Part shown: one piece after another, positions 58,074 to 64,000 of the stretch
Layout of the letters: each line of letters starts with the position of its first letter
How positions within the stretch are numbered: the first letter of the stretch is position 1
From: Candidatus Woesearchaeota archaeon
GTDB lineage: Archaea > Nanobdellota > Nanobdellia > Woesearchaeales > WAPY01
Length of the DNA: 64,000 nucleotides
Direction of reading: 5' to 3'
NCBI GenBank assembly: GCA_049700835.1
Contig: JBNAUL010000003.1
Coordinates: 9,775-73,774 of the forward strand
Position numbers and translations under genes: made by a program
The notes under the pieces: model-generated
Database searches by the model: none
What the model was told of the DNA's origin: nothing
What the model saw: the letters and a program-made list of their open reading frames with translations, nothing else

Positions 58074-58484
58074 TTACGCAATTTTTAATTGTAAAGTCTT
58101 TAGGTTTTTTATTGTTAAAATTTTTTGAAAGGTTTCTTTAAAACTTGGAGTAAATTTTTCTTTTTTAAGCACTTCTTTTATAGAATTAAATCTTAAATCC
58201 TCAACTTCTTCCTCATTAAAACTTATTCTTATCTCTTTCTTGTTATCAATAAAACCAAAGAAGAGCATTGCAATCCGCTTATGTTTAAACCTTATTTTCA
58301 TTGCAGGATATAATCTTGTTTTTATTCCAAATTCTTCTTTGAGTTTCCTAATTGCGGCTTTTAAATAATCCTCTTTAAAATCAATATATCCTGAATCAAA
58401 ACTCTCATAACAATCAGAAGATATTTTCAAATTTTTACTTTTCTTCTTCAATAAAAGTTTTTCAAATTTATTTAAACTTTCCAT
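58074..58484 (-). CDS. Degenerate/truncated NUDIX hydrolase-like protein
   Basis: GYIDFKEDYLKAAIRKLKEEFGI fits the Nudix box GX5EX7REUXEEXGU with RE->RK. Confidence 0.6.
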   Translation of the reverse strand: MESLNKFEKLLLKKKSKNLKISSDCYESFDSGYIDFKEDYLKAAIRKLKEEFGIKTRLYPAMKIRFKHKRIAMLFFGFIDNKKEIRISFNEEEVEDLRFNSIKEVLKKEKFTPSFKETFQKILTIKNLKTLQLKIA

Positions 58485-58759
58485 TTGCTGTGCCCCCATT
58501 GTATCAGCAAATCAACACATTCTACTTTAGGAATATCGCAGGCGCCAAAACAAGAACCAGCCCAGATAAAAACCCTTGCTTTTTTGTTTGTTTTTTCTTC
58601 AATAAAATTTTGGATTTCCTCCGCTCTTGGTTTTAAACCATCAGGCAATTGTATTAGTATTGTTTTTGCATTATTTTTTTTTATCTCATTTAAAACTCTG
58701 TCCAATTCTAAATCAAAATCATTCTCAAAATCTCCTTTTTCCTCTCTATGCTTATTCAT
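58472..58759 (-). CDS. Diphthamide synthesis Dph2 N-terminal domain only
   Basis: ILIQLPDGLK, GSCFGACD, DLLIQWGHS; only 95 aa. Confidence 0.8.
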   Translation of the reverse strand: MNKHREEKGDFENDFDLELDRVLNEIKKNNAKTILIQLPDGLKPRAEEIQNFIEEKTNKKARVFIWAGSCFGACDIPKVECVDLLIQWGHSKWKV

Positions 58760-58896
58760 AAGAAAGAAGAATTAAAAAAAGTTTATAAAGATTATTAAAA
58801 ATTATTCCCTAAAACAAAATTAATAAAAAACCAATCAATAACTTAAAAATATTTTAATAAGTTTTTCTTGCAAACTTTAATTTTGTTTATTTTATT

Positions 58897-59370
58897 TTAA
58901 TGATAGTATTCTTTCAACCACTCAGCCTTTCTGTCTTTTATCAAATTTTCAATCCTATGTGCTTCTGTACTGTCTAAAATCCTTGGAACAAGATAAGTTT
59001 GGCCTGCTATTATGTGTTCATTTCTTTGTAATCCATTAAGGGTCGTAAAGAGATTGTACCACTCGCTTCTGTTCTCTTCCATCTTCTCATAAACATCAAT
59101 TCCTTTGTTTAATAACAATTGTTCAATCGTGTCTCCTTTTTTTGCAACAACTTTTTCCAAAACAAAAATTCTAGGATCATTTTCATCTATTTTTATGTAC
59201 CTCTCAAGATTGCTTTCTTGATTTTTATTTAGTTCCAATTCATAATAAGTTTTTGATTCTTCAATGTTATTCTTTACTTTTCTAACATAAGCTTGTATTC
59301 CTTTATACCCTCCATAAATTAATCCTAAAATCAAAGCCCCTTCTACTATCCTTTTTGCAAAATTTTTCAT
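58897..59370 (-). CDS. Membrane-anchored LysM-like domain protein
   Basis: N-terminal TM; VVAKKGDTIEQL...LNGLQRNEHIIAGQTYLVP; GGGTGA RBS. Confidence 0.65.
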   Translation of the reverse strand: MKNFAKRIVEGALILGLIYGGYKGIQAYVRKVKNNIEESKTYYELELNKNQESNLERYIKIDENDPRIFVLEKVVAKKGDTIEQLLLNKGIDVYEKMEENRSEWYNLFTTLNGLQRNEHIIAGQTYLVPRILDSTEAHRIENLIKDRKAEWLKEYYH

Positions 59371-59384
59371 TTTTTCACCCCTCA

Positions 59385-59504
59385 TTAAAAATATTCAATA
59401 AGATAATCTTGGCAATTAAGATTTTCTTTTAAACCTTTGTAAATCTTGATTTCTTTTTCCTTTTCAAAAACCAATTTTTCCTCAAGACGATTTAAATTTT
59501 TCAT
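59385..59504 (-). CDS. Small hypothetical protein (39 aa)
   Basis: Not in ORF track; GAGGTGG RBS; MKNLNRLEEKLVFEKEKEIKIYKGLKENLNCQDYLIEYF; ends at RBS of the LysM-like gene. Confidence 0.5.
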   Translation of the reverse strand: MKNLNRLEEKLVFEKEKEIKIYKGLKENLNCQDYLIEYF

Positions 59505-59661
59505 AAAACCACCTCTTGTTTTTTATTATTTTTATTATGTTACTACCAAATGATTACTACTATATAAATCTTTCGTTTTTGTAACTACTTATTAGTTACT
59601 ATATAAAATGTAGTTAAAGAAATGATTTTTAGGAAGTAAAAAAGAATAAGATAAAAAGGTC

Positions 59662-60432
59662 TTATGTTGCTACAATAACCTGATTTTCCTTAAAATCAAT
59701 AACAACCAAGTATTTTCCCCTAGTTAAATTAAAACTCCTGACATTGCAGCTAAAGTAAGGATAAAAGTAAAAGTCCCCTACTCTAAAAACATTCTTTTTT
59801 GAATCATAACTAATGCTGTAATCAGTTATAAGATTATAGGTTTCCCTTGTTTTAGAGTGGCAAACCTTTTTGATTTTACCATAAAACAACGGAATGTTTC
59901 CAGTATAAATTGTTAGCGAAGCCCTTGCTTGATGTATCTCTGGCAAACTGCCATTAGTTACTGGATGAGTTGCATTGTACTTTATTGAAGAAGCCAAAGT
60001 TGCTGTTATTGTTCTCTCAGAAAAATTAGGATAATTTTTGATTCCAAGATTAAACACTTTTTCATTTTCCAAATCAGTTATTTTCAAGCTGTACATGAAG
60101 TTGAAGTTTTCAACGCACCACAATTCCTGATTGTTGTTGTTGGACTCTTCAAGTTTTTTATAATCAAGCACCGATTGTATAGGAAGCTGCCATCTTGTAG
60201 AGTAATTTCCAATGCTTATACAATGGCTTCCAAGCAAGGACAAAAAAGTATTCTCCAATTCATAATAACTTGAGAATTGTTGTTCTTGAATCTTAACTCC
60301 AACATTTCCTTGCATTACTGTGTAAAGAATAAAAAACACCAAGAGCACTATGAATATTCCAAACATTGATTTTATGGTGAGTTCAGAATCCCCTGACTTT
60401 GATTTTAAAATTTTTAATGCCAATTTTTTCAT
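59662..60432 (-). CDS. Hypothetical protein with class III-like signal peptide
   Basis: KSKSG|DSELTIKSMFGIFIVLLVFFILY; last gene of the minus-strand operon. Confidence 0.6.
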   Translation of the reverse strand: MKKLALKILKSKSGDSELTIKSMFGIFIVLLVFFILYTVMQGNVGVKIQEQQFSSYYELENTFLSLLGSHCISIGNYSTRWQLPIQSVLDYKKLEESNNNNQELWCVENFNFMYSLKITDLENEKVFNLGIKNYPNFSERTITATLASSIKYNATHPVTNGSLPEIHQARASLTIYTGNIPLFYGKIKKVCHSKTRETYNLITDYSISYDSKKNVFRVGDFYFYPYFSCNVRSFNLTRGKYLVVIDFKENQVIVAT

Positions 60433-60453
60433 AATCCATTTTCCTTTAATCTT

Positions 60454-61287
60454 TTATTTTTGTTCTTGCAAATTTTCAACTTTCTCTTGAATAAAACTCT
60501 TTGGCTTTCTCTTAAAGATTGCAATCAAAACAAGGATTATTATTATTGTTACAAAAATTGTTGATGCAATAAACAAAAAGCCAACATTGTTGCTCTCTTT
60601 TTGCGTAACCTTAACTTCCTCTTTTTTTGCAGGACAATCAGAATCCTCTCCTTGCATGCAGTCAGGGTCGCAAATCCCATCCTTCACCATATCGCAATAT
60701 CCGTCCTTGCTTCCTGAAGGGCAATCTTCTGGGCAGTTCTTGTATGACTCTTGAGCATCGCAAAAATTGTTGCCACAAATTTTTTCTTCCTTAGAAACAG
60801 GAATTTCAGGAGTTTCTTTTGGAGTTTCCTCTTGAATCTTTTCTTCTGTTGCTTCTTCAGGTTCTGTCTTAGGGCAATCTTCTGGGCAGTTTTCATAACT
60901 TTCTCCTAAAACGCACCTTCCATCACCACAGACTCCTTCTCTAAAATTAAGTTCCATTAAATCTGTAACCTCAATTTCAGTTCCATTTGGCAATATGCAA
61001 ACAGCGCATTCTTCTGTTAAGAATTTTAAGCACTTATCATTTGGGTCATTGATTGTTTTTATTTGATAACCTTGCTTTGAGCAATAACTGTAATCCTGAG
61101 CAACTTTCCCTTCTAAGAAATCCCAATCAGAAACTCTTTCTCCATTAGAGAGTTCGCAAAGACCTTCTTCTTGCAAATATTTATAGCCCATTGCTTCGCA
61201 ATAAACAGCAGCAGGGTTAAGCATTCCAAAACAATTTTTTATAAAAAATATTGCAAACAAACCAAGCACTAAAACTTTTTTATTCAT
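60454..61287 (-). CDS. DUF333-like Cys-rich surface protein with C-terminal TM
   Basis: MLNPAAVYCEAMGY...GLCELSNGERVSDWDF; two CGxxxCxxxESYxNCPEDC repeats (21-bp exact repeat at 60718-60738 and 60871-60891). Confidence 0.75.
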   Translation of the reverse strand: MNKKVLVLGLFAIFFIKNCFGMLNPAAVYCEAMGYKYLQEEGLCELSNGERVSDWDFLEGKVAQDYSYCSKQGYQIKTINDPNDKCLKFLTEECAVCILPNGTEIEVTDLMELNFREGVCGDGRCVLGESYENCPEDCPKTEPEEATEEKIQEETPKETPEIPVSKEEKICGNNFCDAQESYKNCPEDCPSGSKDGYCDMVKDGICDPDCMQGEDSDCPAKKEEVKVTQKESNNVGFLFIASTIFVTIIIILVLIAIFKRKPKSFIQEKVENLQEQK

Positions 61288-61288
61288 T

Positions 61289-62929
61289 TCAACTCACCTT
61301 TTTTACATTTTTAACAGCAATTGTATATCCTATTATATCGCTGTATGGATGACCTGTGTATGGAATTCCAGCATAACCATTACTCCCCCAATTAGGACCC
61401 CAACTGTTTTTTATTATCCACAACTTTCTTTCATCATCATAACCAACAAGAACTATTGCGTGAAGCCAATTTGAACTTGCAACGCTTAAAGGTCCATTGC
61501 ATACAACAGCCCTCTTTATTTTTTCAACATCTGCTTTAATGTATGGATAATTTATTTCAGGATAAATTCTAACAAATTCGTTTGAAACCATTTCATAACT
61601 TTCAAAACTGTACATCTTATCTTTATAATTACTGCACAAATCGCAAGTGCAAGGTTTGGAACATCTTTGATTGCAACTGCAACTAGCAGAACAAGGGTTT
61701 GTTCCACAATTCGAAGATTGATAATTCATACAACTCTCCTCCACAATTCCACCAAAACCTTTTAAATAATCAAAAGCCAAATTAGGCCAACTACCTTGGC
61801 AATCTCCTTCTGGACTGCAAGAAACAAGTTGCTGTTCTGACAAATCAACATTGCAACCAGGACAATTATTATAAACATTATGAGTTCCTTCTATGGCGCC
61901 TGCTGTTGAGAAAGCCCAGCAACTGCCGCAATGTGCTTGGTTTTTTACAGGGGTTAAATAATTAACCCCATTAACATTTCTCCAATCCCATTTTTTTGGA
62001 AGTATACAATTAGGAGTGCAAGGATAACTGCATACTTTTTGAATGCAGGTTTTTGTTTTTGAATCCCATTCCATGTCCTGAGGACAACAAGCCATTTCAG
62101 AAGGATTATTACTATCCTTTGAGCACTTTAAATCTTGCTCACATTCAGCATCGCACTCGCAATTTTCTCCTTGCTTTGACTTTGTTTTTATTTCCTTGCA
62201 GTTTCCTGAGCAGTTTATTTGATTTTTTGGGCAACAGCCATTTTCTAAATTGCCAGTGCAATTGACGCAGCACTCTCCTAATTCCAAGTTATTGCAATTG
62301 CAGTCCTTTGAACTGAAAGTGCAGTTCTCAAAGAAAGGAGAAGTTGAATTGCAAATATCATCGCCTAAAAAACTGATACATTTTCCTTTTTCTTGATTAA
62401 AGTATTCTCCTTTTTCGCAGCAATAACCAAAGATGCAGTTGTTGCTTAAGCATTGGCAGCTATAATTGCACTTTGCGCCATTATTGTAGAGAAGTGTTTT
62501 GTTAATGCAACCGCTTTCTCTTATTCCTTGTATTTCGCAATCAACCCTGCACGCTTCTTCATCCTTACAGCTACAATCCTTTGTGTTCTCGCAATTTTCT
62601 CCTCTTTCTGGCTCGCAAATATAATTGTTTTTTGAAGGGCAATCAGGATCATAACTCTTGCAGTCAGGATCACAAACACCATTTGCTGGCAAGCAATCAA
62701 CATCGCAAAAATTATCAACTATGTTGTGAGTTGCAGGATCACATACACCATCGCTAAATTCAATAGTTTTTTCTTTTAACAAAACAAATTCATTTGGAAT
62801 TGAAGCAATTTTTCCTTCATAAAAATTTTTATTTACATTGTTTATTGCAATTAAAGAAGTCATTGTTAAAAACATTGCCAAGAATAAAACCAAACTAAAA
62901 AAATATTTTGCTTTGTTAATGCTTCTCAT
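61289..62929 (-). CDS. Papain-family (C1A) cysteine protease with N-terminal TM and Cys-rich stalk
   Basis: LPKKWDWR, VKNQAHCGSCWAFS, LSEQQLVSC, HAIVLVGY, IKNSWGPNWG. Confidence 0.95.
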   Translation of the reverse strand: MRSINKAKYFFSLVLFLAMFLTMTSLIAINNVNKNFYEGKIASIPNEFVLLKEKTIEFSDGVCDPATHNIVDNFCDVDCLPANGVCDPDCKSYDPDCPSKNNYICEPERGENCENTKDCSCKDEEACRVDCEIQGIRESGCINKTLLYNNGAKCNYSCQCLSNNCIFGYCCEKGEYFNQEKGKCISFLGDDICNSTSPFFENCTFSSKDCNCNNLELGECCVNCTGNLENGCCPKNQINCSGNCKEIKTKSKQGENCECDAECEQDLKCSKDSNNPSEMACCPQDMEWDSKTKTCIQKVCSYPCTPNCILPKKWDWRNVNGVNYLTPVKNQAHCGSCWAFSTAGAIEGTHNVYNNCPGCNVDLSEQQLVSCSPEGDCQGSWPNLAFDYLKGFGGIVEESCMNYQSSNCGTNPCSASCSCNQRCSKPCTCDLCSNYKDKMYSFESYEMVSNEFVRIYPEINYPYIKADVEKIKRAVVCNGPLSVASSNWLHAIVLVGYDDERKLWIIKNSWGPNWGSNGYAGIPYTGHPYSDIIGYTIAVKNVKKVS

Positions 62930-62983
62930 GTTTTACCTCTTTTTTAATTTTAATAAAATGTTTTTTATTTTTAATCTTTTCTT

Positions 62984-63634
62984 TTATTGAAGGCAGTCGT
63001 AATCGTAAACAAATTTATATTCGTTGCTGTAGCAGTCAGGATCGCATATGCCATCGCTATCCTTATAATCAACAAAACCATCTCTATTTGTATCCAAACA
63101 ATACATGTTGCATATTTCATCGCTTTCCTCAGAATAACATTTTGGATCGCAAACCTTTTTTATTATGCATCCAGCATCACAAATATCATCGTTTATGTTG
63201 CAAACAAGTTCGTTTGTTACCAATAGATTGTTGTTGTCCTTATAAACATAGATTTCTCCTGATGTTGAGAATTTTGATGGAATAATATAAACCTTTGGTA
63301 GAAGTATTTCACTTGAGACGACAACATTCCTCCTTGTAAAATTTAATGTTATTATGTTATTTTTTATTTCTGCTTTGAATTCTTCTGCTATTTGCAGATT
63401 TATCTTGTACCTTGCTCCTGTTGGGAAAGCATTTGCCTTATCGCTTGATGTTATGATTTCCTTTACAACAGCGCTCAATACTTCCTGCTCAACGCTCTTT
63501 GCTTGTTGATATGTTATCTTTCTGATTGAAAGAATAGCAATTAATCCAATAACTAAAAGTCCTGTTGTTAGTGCAACGTTTGTTAAGGTTGATGCTTTTC
63601 TGCTTATATGATGTGTATGCTTATAAGAATTAAT
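62984..63634 (-). CDS. Prepilin-like protein with Cys/Asp-rich C-terminal repeats; probable non-canonical start
   Basis: Frame open 52 codons upstream of TTG 63478, adding SRKA|STLTNVALTTGLLVIGLIAILSI; GAGGTG 5 nt before ATT 63634. Confidence 0.65.
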   Translation of the reverse strand: MNSYKHTHHISRKASTLTNVALTTGLLVIGLIAILSIRKITYQQAKSVEQEVLSAVVKEIITSSDKANAFPTGARYKINLQIAEEFKAEIKNNIITLNFTRRNVVVSSEILLPKVYIIPSKFSTSGEIYVYKDNNNLLVTNELVCNINDDICDAGCIIKKVCDPKCYSEESDEICNMYCLDTNRDGFVDYKDSDGICDPDCYSNEYKFVYDYDCLQ

Positions 63635-63900
63635 GCTTTCACCTCTTTTTTGTTCTTTTTTATTATGATAATAAAAATTGTATCTTAATTTCTTTATTAT
63701 TCTTTCAAATTTTTATATTTTACTATTTTTAGCTTTCTATATTTTTTTGTTCTTTGCGAATTTTAGAATTTTATGCTAAGAAACATTGCTAAAGCTTGAT
63801 GCTTTAGTTTAAAGAATTCTTTTAGAGTAATTTATGTTCTATTTTATCATGTTTTGTTAAATATTTTTTAGTGAATGGTTTTTATTTATTGTTCTTTTAT

Positions 63901-64000
63901 TTATTTAGCGCCTTTATAGAAACCATACTTTAATATCCAATTGTTCTGGCTTTTATCATCTAAACCGCAATCTCCTGTTTTGTTGGCATACTCTAATCTT
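63901..64000 (-). CDS. 3' end of a CDS beginning outside the window
   Basis: RLEYANKTGDCGLDDKSQNNWILKYGFYKGAK* followed by T-rich tract. Confidence 0.5.
   Translation of the reverse strand, partial: RLEYANKTGDCGLDDKSQNNWILKYGFYKGAK

Overview
AT-rich archaeal chromosome segment, most likely from a DPANN/Nanobdellota (Woesearchaeota-like) genome. The lineage is inferred from archaeal PCNA, RFC, Rpo12, L37Ae, prefoldin and AglB, an intron-containing tRNA, little metabolism and many Cys-rich surface proteins. Housekeeping genes (rfcS, pcn, DRG GTPase, rpl37ae-rpoP-pfdB, rnhB, RecJ-like, tRNA-iMet, two-intron tRNA-Ser) are interleaved with a large cell-envelope investment: (1) three tandem paralogous lipoproteins; (2) a prepilin-like gene followed by a ~2060-aa Cys-rich/CBM/beta-propeller protein; (3) an N-glycosylation locus whose AglB carries a C-terminal FKBP domain; (4) a ~17-kb adhesin cluster ending in a MoxR-DUF58-vWA module; (5) a prepilin-like/papain-protease operon. 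The best candidate for an undescribed system is the adhesin-MoxR locus: one adhesin's cytoplasmic tail appears homologous to the soluble protein encoded divergently from moxR. No CRISPR array, transposase, integrase or reverse transcriptase was seen. All family assignments come from motif recognition by eye, not database searches.
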